NCBI RefSeq assembly: GCF_035084215.1
Contig: NC_090333.1
Coordinates: forward strand, 69,502,001-69,566,000
Reading direction: 5' to 3'
DNA length: 64,000 nucleotides
DNA from: Heptranchias perlo
Lineage: Eukaryota
The translations under genes and the position numbers were made by a program. Positions within the stretch are counted from its first letter, which is position 1, and each line of letters opens with the position of its first letter. The notes beneath the pieces were generated by a model, which saw only the letters and a program-made list of their open reading frames with translations, was not told the origin of the DNA and ran no database searches. Positions 50,322 through 62,858 of the stretch are shown here, one piece after another.

Positions 50322-50738
50322 TTGTGTCAGCTGTGGTTCAGTGGGTAGCCCTCTCACCTCAAAGTCAGAAGGTTATGGGTTGGAGTCCCGCTCCAGGGAT
50401 TTGAGCACAAAATTAAGGCCAACACTCCTGTGCAGTAATTGAGGGAGTGCTGCACTGTCGGAGGTGCCGTCTAGCAAATGAGATGTTAAACCATGTAAAA
50501 GATCCCATGGCACTATTCAAAGAGCAGATGAGTTCTCCCTGGTGTCCTGGTCAATATTTACCCCTCAACCAACACCAAACTGATTATCTGAACCTTGCTG
50601 TGCGCAAATTGGCTGCCGTGTTTCCTGCATTACAACAGTAACTACACTTCAAAGAACAAAGTACTTAGTCGGTTGTAGAGCGCTTTGGGACATCCTGAAG
50701 TTGTGAAAGGTGCTATATAAAAGGCAAGTTTTTTTTTA
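50322..50738 (+). mobile_element. SacSINE1-type SINE
   Basis: tRNA head, Deu domain and tail as in the other copies. Confidence 0.86.
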
Positions 50739-51149
50739 AACTATAAAAGTAATTCCCTTCCTCTTTAAAGAAAACTTTTCATGGTTCTAGCCACAGGCAC
50801 CATAGACAGAAAATATTTGAAAGCAACCACACAAGTCAACACATATGTTGCTCCATTATCCATTCATACATGAAAATCAAGACACACAAACCCCAACACC
50901 TTCTCCACAGAAAGGGAACATGAGTTTTTAATCCTAGTAGTCCAAAGGGGAAAATATGTATACTCATTCCTGTTTGTCACAGTACTGACGCAGTGAGGTC
51001 ACACTAATGATACCAGACAACAATGCAACTCTTTAAAGATAGACACCAAAAAAATAGTTGTGTCGGCATTTTAAATTATTTTAATTATATTTCCACATCA
51101 GATATAATGTTCTGGTACATAGGAAAGTTCCAATAATCTGCTCCTGCGC

Positions 51150-52100
51150 CAGGCCTTAACTTCAAGGGCACCCTTTTACTTAACCATTTTTCCACATCAA
51201 CAGAGTTTAGCTCACAAATTTACAACCTTTGTACCATGGACATAGAGAAAAGGGGTGTGCGTAAATTAATGATCGATGATGGAAGCAACAAGGATGGAGC
51301 TCTGCAGTATACCACAGATGAACAAGTGGGTATGGATGAAGCCAATGGGGATGATGTGTTTACAACGTGACAGGTAGGACTGGGAACCAGGACAGGACGT
51401 TGTTTGTGACTTTGAGCAGGGTGAAAGCATAATAATTCGGGGATTCTGCACAGGGAATGCTTCGAGAGTTGCTGCGAAACACTACGTTGCAGGATTTTGG
51501 AAAGAAATGATTGGATGGTCTTAGAGCTTTGATCTTTAGGGGAAAGGTGACAGCATTTTTGGAAGACATAGGGACCATGCCATAGAATAACACTGGCAAG
51601 CATGGGCTGTGGAAGGTAAGTTGGGAGGTCAGGAATTGGGGTCAAGGAAACAGGTAGTGGGCATCATGAGCATGAATGAGACTATTTTAATGAGGGATGG
51701 GGGGGGGTGGGGGGGAAAGATATACAAAAGTTTTGAGGAAAAGGAGTCGAGTTTGGTCAGCAGCAGGCAGAGGCCCCAAATTTAGCGTCTGTGCTGGAGA
51801 GGTTAATGAGTTCCCTGCATTTGCTATGTGGTGGGGGGGGGGGGGGGGGGTACAGTGGTCAGCGGAATCAGCTGATTGTGAAGGAAGAGGATTTTGCAGT
51901 TGTCCCTTTTCTCCAGGACAATCTTAAAAGATGAGGATTTGGCCACATTAAGGTACAATGGTAGAGCTTGAGGTGATCAAACCATAATTGCCTACGGAAA
52001 GAGAGGCCTAATGCGTTCCAGCTTGCTGCCAGCAGGTGTGAAGAAGTGGGAGGTGGTGGGAACTTTAGTTGAGAGGGGAGAAAGAGGAATCTCAACTCAT
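51150..52100 (-). mobile_element. Highly decayed L2-like LINE ORF2 fragment
   Basis: The antisense translation resembles the L2 inter-domain region (RKLER...RQLWFDHLKLY...AK...ILEKRDN). Confidence 0.5.
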
Positions 52101-53299
52101 TAAAAGAAAGTTGAAGGAAGCAACGAATCTAGACTCCCCTTCCATTGTATTGATTTTAATTTCTGACTTATACTTTGGTTTCTCACTTCATAACTCAGGG
52201 AAAATAAAAATCAACCTTGCCCAAAGATGTGAGACACACTGTTTTGGACAGTCTTTGCAGCTTTTTGTTTTGACAAGTACCTGGTGTTAAAACTAAAAAA
52301 AACTTCAAAATGCACTGCAGCTTTAAGTAGAGTATTTTGCAGCAGTGCTAATTGATTTGTAGGTACCATCAGAACAATTATCTTGATTATTCATCAGTTA
52401 ATGCTAACACTGGAGATGGCTATTTTTTGTTGCTTCATGTCATTAGCAGTCTGTTTACCAGATGGTAAACAGAAAAGTAACTACCACCAGCTTTTTGGCA
52501 TTTGACTGAAATACCTAACAGTTTAGTAATGCCGACTGGGATTGAGATAATCTTAAACTGTATTTGAAGAGGAGATATTTATTTAAAGCCAATACAATCT
52601 CTCTGGCACATCCATGTAAAATCTCATCTCCTTTCTTACTTCTGCCCCCTCCTCCCGTTTTAGAAGTCTGTACACATTCCTTGCCTCCTGGTTAGGTTTT
52701 GTGTTAAACAAATGTCAAGCTACATGTGCAATAAATATGATTACAGGCTTCGCCCATCATGGAAAACTCCACAGCAGACTCAATGTAGATGTGAAATAAG
52801 CAGAGATGGAAAGTCCAGATTCCAGACACGTTAGAACCTAAAAGTAAAAGTCTTCATGGACCTATAGCGAATACATAATAGGGCAACGTGACGTTCCTTA
52901 GAACCAATTTAAAATGCTGCAGCTTCATTCAGTTTTTTCCTGCTGAAATTATTACCAAAGTTGTACATTCACACATTTTTGTTTTTTTTCCCGTCCCAAA
53001 AATACAATCTTTAAACCAGTGCTTTTGCAATATTGAAGATACGCTTCTCACGGAATCAAATATTTTGGTTTTTCCAAACAGCAAACGATATTTGCATACA
53101 CAAACAAAAACAGAAGACAGTGTACAATCGGCCTGTCAGCATCGGTAAAGAGAAGAGAAAGGACAAGTTACCTGTCAGGTGTATCCCTTTGTCAGAGCGA
53201 AGCCGATAGGTCAGTCAAATGCATTCTTGGTAATTTCTGTTTCTTTCCTTGTTTACAGTCTGGACAGTGCCTTGTTATATTAGTTGTCTTCCATTTAAT

Positions 53300-54640
53300 T
53301 GGAGGGAATGCACTGGATATGGTGCGTATGGATTTTCAGAAGGCACTCAATGAGGTGTCAAGAGGTTCTCACAAAAATTCAGGTGTATGGTATGAGAGAA
53401 AATGTAGCAGCATCAATAAAAAAAGTCAGTTGACAACCAGGAAGGAGAGTTAGAGTAAATGGGTGTTGCTAGGATTGGAAGTGGTGTGCCCTCTGGGTCA
53501 GCGCTGGGTGCACATTTGTTCTCTGTATATATAGGTGACTTGGGCACAGGGAACATAATTTTGAAATCTGCTGACAATACAAAAGTGGAGAGTTTGACAA
53601 ACAGCGAGAAGAACAATAAAAGGCTTCAGGAGGAGACACAGGTTAGTGAAATGGGCAGATAGATGCCACGTGCAATTTCATGTGGAGAAATGGGAGGTAA
53701 TACATTTTGGGAAAAAACATACACAATGGAAAGATACTGGAGGTGAATGAACAGACACCAGGGTGGTTCAAATACAGAATTCATAAAGTGCAAATGAGGG
53801 TAGATAAAGCCATAACAAAAGGGCCATAGCATTTTGGAATTTATAAGTGGGACAGAGTACAAAGGTACCAATAAATTTATACAAAACAAATGTAGGCCAT
53901 AGCTAGAGTACTGTGTGCAGTTTCAGGTGCCTTATTACAGTAAGTACATTACAGCCATTGAGAATATACAGTGTAGATTGACCAGGATACCACAAATGTG
54001 AAATTAGTTACAAGGAGAAAACTGGAGATACATCGCCGTTCCTTCATTGTCGCTGGCTCAAAATCCTGGAACTCCCTAACAGCACTGTGGGAGAACCTTC
54101 ACCACACAGACTGCAGTGGTTCAAGAAGGTGGCTCATCACCACCTTCTCAAGGGCAATTAGGGATGGGCAATAAATGCTGGCCTCGCCAGCGATGCCCAC
54201 ATCCCATGAACGAATAAAAAAATACTGGGACTATTTCCAATGGAGAAGGCGAAGAGGAAATTTGATAAATTTTAAAGATTTTTAAAATTATGAGGGGCTT
54301 TGATCGAGTGAATGGGGAAAGTCTATTTCCTCTGGTTAGGGAGTCAGAGGAGGGAGGATCACCTATTTAAATAGTTACAAAGAAAGTAAGGAGAGGGGTT
54401 AGAAGAAATTTCTTCACTCATGGGGTTACTAGAGCATGAAATTCTTTGCCACATGGAGAGGCTGAGGCAGAGATCATTGCATCTTTTAAGGGAAATTTAG
54501 ATACACATTTGAAGCAGAGGAAGAAATAGGGCTATGGGGAAAGAGCAGGACAGTGGAATTATTTTTGATTGCTCTGGCAAAGAGCTAGCACAGACATGAT
54601 GGGCTGAACGTTCTCCTTCTGTTTTATAATCGTTCTATGG
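53300..54640 (+). mobile_element. Degenerate CR1 RT and 3' end, with a nested 3' tail (54025-54222) of the 44290-46190 LINE family
   Basis: MDFQKA, GVPSGSALG, SADNTK and LEYCVQF remnants. The nested piece matches ~45990-46190. Confidence 0.85.
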
Positions 54641-55439
54641 TGGTGGAATGAGTAGTGTATTACCGGAGGCAATGGAATATGAAATTTACTTCCACTTGTC
54701 AGTCAGGTCATAAGTTACTTCTAACTAAACCATTCTATAGTTATCCAATCTGGTTTACTTGCGGAAATAAATCTTAATTTGTCGTGTATCCCCTATATAG
54801 TACCAATATCGCCCTGTACTCTTACCATGCAGTATTACTTGATATTGCACACCTTCAGGTCCAACACCGCTCATTACTTCATTAATTATATTAGCAAGAT
54901 ACACTCCCGAGCAATTGAACATTGCCACCAACCAGCAAGCAATTCAAAACTAGCTGTGGTAATGATATATCTATAATGTTAAAATTCTTGCAAATGGCAA
55001 CACATTTCTTGTAAGTGCATCACTTTGTGTCACACTTTAGCAAATCCTCTGACTCATTATGAGCAAAGCGACAGGAGACCGGCTGGTACATTCTTAAAAC
55101 CAAAGGCCTGGCAGGGAAACAATGTAGGAATTGAAATCTTCAATTTCGAGATGAAACCCACTCAAACCTTTGTTCTCATTGTTTCTCAATCCCTTAATTC
55201 GATTAGTCCTTCGTAACTGGCAGTCAGTCAGCCAGCTCTCCATAACATATAAAAACACATTATTCAGTCAACTTAGTTGAATAGAATGCAGCATTTGGCT
55301 TGTCATTCTAGTTTCCAAATATTCAATGATTCAAACATTTACAACACTGTGGTCTTATGATGATTAAGTTTATTATATTAAAAGAAAAGCTGCCAAAAAC
55401 ATAGGGAATCCGAGCACTGTACTTATGAAGGACTGTATC

Positions 55440-55683
55440 CTAGCACAAACTATTGCCATGGAGTCAGTTATTCATTCCCTTTGCTTGTAAGAAACAAAGC
55501 TGCCCTACCCTCACTAACAAAAACTCCCCAACCAAAAGGGCAGAATCACGGTTGAAAGAAAGTAAGTTCTTCAGATCTATTGCAGATTTACATGAACAGA
55601 AGACCAGCATTCGGAATAAATTTCATATTTCAGATAAACTAAGCCAGGAAAGGATTGCTGGGTCTCCCGGTAACAGGTAAACA
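55440..55683 (+). promoter_or_regulatory. Candidate APOBEC4 promoter / non-coding exon 1 (RFX X-box-like and forkhead motifs, splice donor)
   Basis: X-box-like ATTGCCATGGAGTC (55452-55465) and GTCTCCCGGTAAC (55662-55674), then CAG|GTAAAC with the donor GT at 55677, overlapping the forkhead motif GTAAACA. Apparently unique sequence about 7 kb upstream of the CDS. Confidence 0.3.
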
Positions 55684-56114
55684 TTTAAAAATACTACACA
55701 TGCTGGTGAATTTATAGTTTCACCTCCAAGTCTAAGTGTTTCATTCTAACTCTGTTCAACTGTTTTATATTCAGATCACAATGAATTTCACAAGAACTCA
55801 TTTATAAAAGACTCCAGGCTTCACAGCTGCACTTTGGAAATTCAAAATGCAGAGAAATATTAGTAATTCACAATTTTGCAATATGAATTGTGAAACTGAA
55901 GCGTGATTATTTACATTTGTTTTGTAACAGATTTGTTTTTCATTTTATATTTCAATGCTGCAGCACTGCAACATTATAATCAGAAATTTCAGTTGATAAA
56001 ACTCTCTCCTCTTACTACAGCAAGTAAAACCTATGCATTTGTGGATGAGAGTCTGCATTTAAAAATGACAGTCACTGATCACTTATTAATTCTCTTCCTC
56101 AATGGAGGTGAACC

Positions 56115-56362
56115 CAGGGTCGCCAACTCTGATGTGACCGCCCACCTCCAAACATCTCGCCCGCTCAAATAGCCTTCACTCACCCCCCCCAACAATCTTG
56201 ACTATTTTTAGTAACTAACAAAAGTGATCAAGAAAATTAGAACACAATTTTTTCTAATAACCCTATGATTTTTCTTCTGGGCTTTTGCTCTCAGCAGTGC
56301 CCCAGAGATTAATCATTAATTCCTGAGGACTCCAGGACAATCCTAGAAGGTTGGCAATCGTA
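56115..56362. mobile_element. MITE with hAT-Tip100-like TIRs
   Basis: cagggtcgccaac ... gttggcaatcgta, a decayed TAGGGTTGCCAAC-type terminal inverted repeat. Confidence 0.5.
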
Positions 56363-57059
56363 AGTGAACTGGGCATTCATATTCAGTCATTTCAAAACTG
56401 CTAATCAGACCAATCCAACAGCTTTTGCACATTAGCACAATTCAGCATCACAACCCAACTCTCAAATGATTGCAGCCTAGCTCCCCTAATGTCCAAGTTT
56501 ATCCAGAAGTAGCTGAGTCACACAAGATAGCACGTTTGACAGCTGGTCTGCACAAAATCAAATGATCTCAGCCAGTGTGTCAGTAGGATCGCTACAACTG
56601 ACTTCAGTGCCCTTTGTGCCAGGGAGAGCACAAATCAGAGGAGATCGAATACCTGAAATGGTTTAATAGTCCACTGAAATTCATTGTGAAGGCTCACAGA
56701 TCAATAATTGGTCACTTGGGCAGAGTGTGACTGGCACACATGGAAGCTTAACCTCGCAAAAGGAGCCAGCCAGAGGGAAGGGGAGAAAATTGTTAAGAAT
56801 AAATTTGCAACTCATTTAAATAGGTAGTCAGATTGAAATCATGGAGACATTTAATAGTAACATTTTATCGCAATCTAAATCATATGTGAAGTACAAAAGC
56901 TGTAATGGGTTTATTAGATTTACCCATGTCATTTATCTGTTTATAGTGCAGAAAGTGTAATAAGTACTAACAGTGGTGTCTCTGGCGAGGTTCTATCCTC
57001 AGCCCCCTATTTCTCAAAAACGTTTGCCCTTGACTGCATTATCTGTAAGCATAGGATTA

Positions 57060-57770
57060 GCTTCCATATATAACATTAACCAGCTTTACCCCTCCACCAC
57101 CTCCCTCGACTCCATGACCGTTATAGTGCAGTCATCGATGAGCCAGAACTTACTCCAACGAAACAATTGCAAGATTTAAGCCATCTTGTTTAGCTCCCAC
57201 CACAAACTCTCCCCTCACTCCAATTCCATCTCTCTGCCCAGACAGGCTGTATCCAATCTGTGTCCTGCTCGACCCTGAGCTGAGCTTCAAACTCCACATT
57301 TAGTCCATTACTGAGACAGTCCATTTCCACCTCCGAAGCAGTCGACCATTTTTGTCCTTACCTCACTTCCAACACCACTGAAACCTTCATGCAGGTTTTT
57401 GTAACTGCCAGGATCTACTATTCTAATAGTCTGCTAGCTAGCCTCCCAAAATCCACCTTATAGAAACTCCAACTGATCTAGAACTGTACTGGCCACATCC
57501 TATCCTATCCCACCACTCACCCATCGTACCCAACCTCCATAAATTTTCTATAACCCAACACATTATTTGCAGAATTATTTTCCAATCAATCCTTTGTCTC
57601 TCTCCATCCTACTTTTGCAGTCTTGGGTCCCAACTCACATCCTCTACTCAATCCTTGGTGGAAAAGCCTTTAGCCATCATGGGCACATACTCTAGAACTA
57701 TCTCCCTAGGCTCATCAGTCCCCACCTTCAAAAGCTTCCTCAAAACCTGTACAAGTAGTTGTTAAGCATT
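57060..57770 (+). mobile_element. Decayed L2 3' region
   Basis: Similar to 200-900 (agctttacccctccaccacc; gagccagaacttactccaa; aaactccaactgatctagaac). Confidence 0.7.
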
Positions 57771-58014
57771 GCGAGTGGCATAAAAACAATGTCCATGTTT
57801 TTAAAAAGAGGGATACTCCAGATGTTTTGGATTTGAGATTAAACAAAGCCTTACCCTGCAATTAGAAGAGATAGCAGCAATTTCCCTCAACACGCTTTTT
57901 AAAAAAAAGTCCATTATAAACAATAGACAAGCTAAGAGTTAAAGTCCAGATATCTTTTAAAATTTAAAAAGTTTGAAATGAAACATACAAAGTCTCCACT
58001 AGATAAACACATTG

Positions 58015-58400
58015 GACCGGATTTTGCTGTGAAAATAGCGGTGAGACTAATAATGCTCACTGTTATTTATGTGCAAATCGGACAGCAATTTCCAGCAACC
58101 GCACATTCAGTCGCAATTGTCAGTTGCGACACTCCCCCATAAGCTTCCTGAAATCAGCATCTTGTCGTCTGGCTCCCCATTTAAATGTATTGAACAGCAC
58201 GAAGATCATGTACTTACCTCATAGGTACAGATTAAATGCGTCAAAAAAAAGTTAGGGCTTGTCCATTCCAGTATAAGTATCCTTTTAATGGCGTGGCAAG
58301 TCTTAATTACTGAACCACCCCACTGACACTGAAAATTCATTTTCATAAGTGTGGAGTCTCATTCCTTCAGCTTTTAATTATTGTTGGAGATTTTTTTTAA
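58015..58400 (+). repeat. Family A repeat copy; an antisense relative lies at ~47700-47935
   Basis: Shared motifs (attttgctgtgaaaata...taatgctcactgttatttatgtgcaaatcgg; gtggagtctcattcc). Confidence 0.6.
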
Positions 58401-58479
58401 AATTTAAATAGGGAACAAATACAGTTTATAGAACATAAGTACAATATGACTTAAAAACAAAGGGAGGGCATCAATTACT

Positions 58480-61212
58480 AAAAACAAATTAAATTGCCTG
58501 TGAATTGCAGTGTGCACAGCATCTGAAAAATGGTGGAAACAGGAAGCAATAATTCATAGCTAGGAGCCAGATGTGGTGGGGATAACTGGAACAGTTACAT
58601 AAGGAACAGGACTGGCAGTTAAATATCACAGGATATAATGTATTTAGAAAGGATAGGGAAGGAAGGGAGGTGGGGTTGCTGTACTAATTAGAGACAACAT
58701 AATAGTAATACAAAAAAGGGACATAAGTAACTAAGATAGAAACAGAGTCCATAGGGATTGAGACAAAGGATAAGAAGGGATCGATCACATTAATAAGCAT
58801 ATTCTACAGACCACTTAATAGTGGAAGGGAAGTGGAGGATGAAATAAGACAAATCTATGAAATGGGTAAAAATCAAATAATCATGGGAGATTTTGACTAC
58901 CCCCAAATAAACTGGCAAAAAAAGGTAGGGAAAGGAGGAAAGTGAATGGAGTTTTACACTGTGTACATGACTCCCTTTTTACCCAGTATGTGAGAAGCCC
59001 AAGAGAGGAATCACTGTTGGATCCAGTAATGGGAAATTAACCAGAGCAGATAAGTAAGTGTAGGGGAACATCTAGGCAACAGCCATCGTAAATTAATAAG
59101 GTTTAAAATAATGATTAAGACATAAGACAGACAAAAACCAATGTAATAGATTGGAAAAAAGCTACTTTTGAGGGGTTAGAATGGAACTAGGGCAAGTAAA
59201 CGGGAAAAGAATTTTGACAAAGAAATAGAACAAACGTGGGTAATATTTAAAACAGTGATCAAAAGAGCTCAAGAGGAATATATTCCTCTAAAAAGCAAGG
59301 ACAAACTAGCCAATAACGAAACATCATGGATGAATAAAGAGATGAGTCAAATTGAAACTAAAGAAAAAGGCATAATCTAAGTATCTAGACAATAAAAGGA
59401 GGGGATGACAAAAGGGAACATGAAGAGGTTAGGAAAGAAGCCGAAAAAATTAGGAAAGCGAAGAACGACAAGATTAAATTATCAAGGAATATAAAAATAG
59501 TAAAGTATTCTACAGACAAATAAATAACAAAAGAAAAATCAGAATAGGGATAGGGCCACTAAGGGATGTACATAATAAATTCACAGGTAAAGATAGTGAA
59601 ATGGCAGAAATATTAAATAGTTACTTTGCCTCCGTATTTACCAGGGAGTCTAACAAGGTGGGCAGGACACAAAAGATAGAAAAAGATATTAAAACATTTA
59701 AGATAGAAAAAGTTGGGGTGGGGGGTGGGAGCAGAAGATAACTGATAAACTAATCAAACCTGGGGAGTCTAAGACCCCTGATCCGGAGGTATTGCATCTG
59801 CAAATATTAAATCACACTCGCACAGTTGATCTCTCTCCCTTTATAAATATAGGAACAAGTCCAGGGAACTATAGACCCATTAGCTTTAATGTCGGTGGTA
59901 GGAAAGTTAATGGAATCTTTACTCAGATGTAATAGAAAAACATTTAGAGAACGAAATACAAGAATAGTCAGCATGGCTTTCCAAAGGGAAAGTCATAGTT
60001 GACCAACCTTATTGAATTCTTTGAAGTAACAGGAAGAGTAGACAAGGGTAATGTAGAAGATGTAATATATTTGGATTTTCAAAGGGCCTTCGATAAGGTT
60101 CTGTATTGTAGACTTATGACTAAGGTCAGAGCATGTGGAGTCAGGGGACAGGTAGCAGACTGGATAGCAAGCTGGCTACAAAACCAGAAAGTAAGGGTTA
60201 AGGGAAGCTACTCAGACTGGCAAAAGGTGGAAAGTGGTGTTTCACAGGGATCGGTGCTGGGACCACTGTTGTTCACAATTTAAATTAACGATTTGGATTC
60301 GGAAGTATAATTTCAAAATTTGCAAACACCAAATTGGGGGGAGTTAATAAAGGAAGAACGCATCAAAATGCAAGAGGGCATTAATAAACTTGCAGAATGG
60401 GTGTGTAATTGGCAAATGAATTTCAATATAGGCAAGTATGAAATGGTGCACTTTGGTAGGAAGAATAAGGAGGCCACATATTGCTTGAATAATAAGAGCC
60501 TAAACAGGATAGAGGAGCAAAGGGATCTAGGGGTACAGATACACAAGTCACTAAAAGTAGCGACACAGGTTAATAAAGCCATAAAAAAGGCAAACCAAGC
60601 TCTAGGTTTCATTTCTAGAGTGTGAGAATCGAAAAGCAAAGTTATGTTAAATTTGTACAGAACCTTGGTTAGACCACAAGGAGTATTGTGAACAGTTCTG
60701 GTCTCCATATTATAGAAGATAGAGGCATTGGAGAGGGTGCAAAAAAGATTCACAAGGATGATACCAGAACTGAGAGGATATCCTTATAAGGAAAGGCAGA
60801 CAGGCTGGAGCTCTTCTCCACAAAAGAGAAGGCCGAGGGGTGATCTGATAGAGGTCTTTAAGATAATAAGGTAAATGTAGAGAAAATGTTTCCACTTGTG
60901 GGGGAGTCCAAAACTAGAGGTCACAAATATAAAATAATCGCTAATAAATTACATAGGGAATTCAGGAGAAACTTCTTTACCCAAAGAGTGGTAAGAATGT
61001 GGAACACGCTACCACAAGGATTAGTTGAGGTGAATAGCATAGATGCATTTAGAGGGAAGCTAGATCAGCACATGAGGGAGAAAAGAATAGAAGGATATCC
61101 TGATAGGGTTAGATGAACTAGGGAGGAGGCACGTGTCCAGCATAAATGTTGGCATAGACCAGTTGGGCCGAATGGCCTGTTTCTGTGCTATAGTTTCAAT
61201 GTAACGATGTAA
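58480..61212 (+). mobile_element. Long degenerate CR1 ORF2 (endonuclease + RT) with 3' UTR
   Basis: FRKDR, FYRP, MGDF, YLDFQRAFDKV, QGSVLGP and RRNFFTQRVV remnants; tail ggccgaatggcctgtttctgtgct. Confidence 0.92.
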
Positions 61213-61214
61213 TT

Positions 61215-61530
61215 GTCAAAAACTTTTTCTGTGTCTCTTAATCCAATCTTTTTCCTTCTTTCGTTTTCTGTACCTGATTTGACATTGAATTCATTATTCC
61301 AGCTTACACTTCCTGATTCAGACTCATTAACAATTCCTCAATCTGATTGGTTAAGGAGATACACCGTTGCTTGCCCTGTTCACACAGGTCCCAGATGCCC
61401 TGTAGAGGGCAACGGGCCGAGCAGCTGTTTGGCTGACAGCAACTTGCCGTGCAAAACTCCACGGGCAAGTGCAAGTCTAATGAAAGGCTGGCTCCGTTCA
61501 TTCGATGCTCAGGGCAAAATCCGGACCATT
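61215..61530 (+). repeat. Family A repeat copy
   Basis: ctgtacctgatttgacattgaattc and other motifs shared with ~3475 and ~43930. Confidence 0.6.
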
Positions 61531-62357
61531 ATGAAGCCATTTGGAAACAGTTTACAACAATCAGAAACTTGGTGAAAGTGCCAGAAAAACTGTGCAAGGC
61601 ATGGACACCGTTCCAGAGATCCATCACTTGTGAAGTATCAGAACGTTCAATGAGGGTATGACTGATCAGGAACATAGACAAGTGTTATTTTTCCATTCGT
61701 TAACTTAAAAAATTATCTAGAATTCTGTATGAGACGCATCATGAGGGGTTTTTTTTAAACGTAAAATTTTAGAAATACTCCTTGAATGCCAAGGAAAATA
61801 CATATTTAAAGGCTTAAATTATTAAAATAAATTCTTGTAATTTTTAATGTGGAAACAAACACTAGTACTGCAATTTCAATCTTGTTGCATTATTCCAGAG
61901 AATACAGGTTGCAATATAGTCTAAAAAGATTGAGTTAGTAAAGCTAGCTGGAATCAAACATCACCTCCACTTAACCAGTGAAGAGACAAATTAATAAGTT
62001 CTAAAAGCTTGCTCCATCTACAAACTAAAGTTAACTTTGACTAAGACCCCCCTGATGAAGGGTATACCCACAAAATGACATAATCCATTGTAATATTTTG
62101 GGACATTTACCTATATGGCCTGGAGGGGATCTTATTTTACTTCAGGTTATCAGACTGCTATAAAAGGTTAGATTTATCTTACAAATCATCAACTCCCAAA
62201 AAAGGCACAACTTCTCGACACAAGGGGTTGATATTATGATCGGTCATGTTACCATTTAACTAGATATTGGACAGTAAAAAGGTGTACTCCAAATCACAAG
62301 TGTTAGGTGGGCAACTTATAGGAGTGATCAATGATGCTGAGCCTGAGAGAATATCTA

Positions 62358-62597
62358 CGAACATAAAAACATTAGAAATAGGAGCAGGAGTAGGCCATAC
62401 GGCCCCTCGAGCCTGCTCTGCCATTCAACAAGATCATGGCTCATCTTCGACCTCAACTCCACTTTCCTGCCCGATCCCCTCATCCCTCAATTCTCCAAGA
62501 GTCCAAAAATCTATCTATCGCAGCCTTGAATATACTCAATGACTCAGCATCCACAGCCCTCTGGGGTAGAGAATTCCAAAGAAGATTCATAACCCTG
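62358..62597 (-). mobile_element. CR1 3' fragment
   Basis: Near-match to 25105-25330. Confidence 0.85.
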
Positions 62598-62754
62598 CAG
62601 ACTATATTTGTAACACCTGTCTTTTCTCTTCACAGATGTCAATTAAACTGCTGTGTACTTGTACCATTTTCTGTTTTTATTTCGGATTTTCAACATTTTC
62701 AGTTTTTCCTTTTTAATTGATCCCTTATATACCATCTTTCTGTGTATACTCGAC

Positions 62755-62858
62755 TTTGTTTTAACTTCTCTTTCAGGGATTCATCAAGGATTTAAGAATT
62801 ATGTTGCTGCAATGAAATTGTTCCTCCAAAACGGACATGGAGAGATGAACTGACCATC
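62755..62858 (+). other. APOBEC4: Splice acceptor and 5' UTR part of the APOBEC4 coding exon
   Basis: Polypyrimidine tract ttttaacttctctttcAG (AG at 62775-62776), 82 nt before the ATG. Consistent with a non-coding exon 1 plus a coding exon 2, as in mammalian APOBEC4. Confidence 0.7.

Noticed and set aside
58480-61212. APOBEC-type G-to-A hypermutation of the A-rich CR1 next to APOBEC4
   Set aside because: A-richness is normal for the CR1 sense strand. The idea cannot be supported without a consensus alignment and a strand/context test.
62045-62080. CCTGATGAAGGGTATACCC hammerhead-like start upstream of APOBEC4
   Set aside because: The GAAA half of the core and stem I pairing are missing (it continues acaaaatg). 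At most a decayed remnant.
1-62700. The many 60-150 aa ORFs in the six-frame track
   Set aside because: They are repeat fragments, antisense shadows of LINE ORFs or chance ORFs, many with non-ATG starts. None shows a host-protein motif such as RasGEF.
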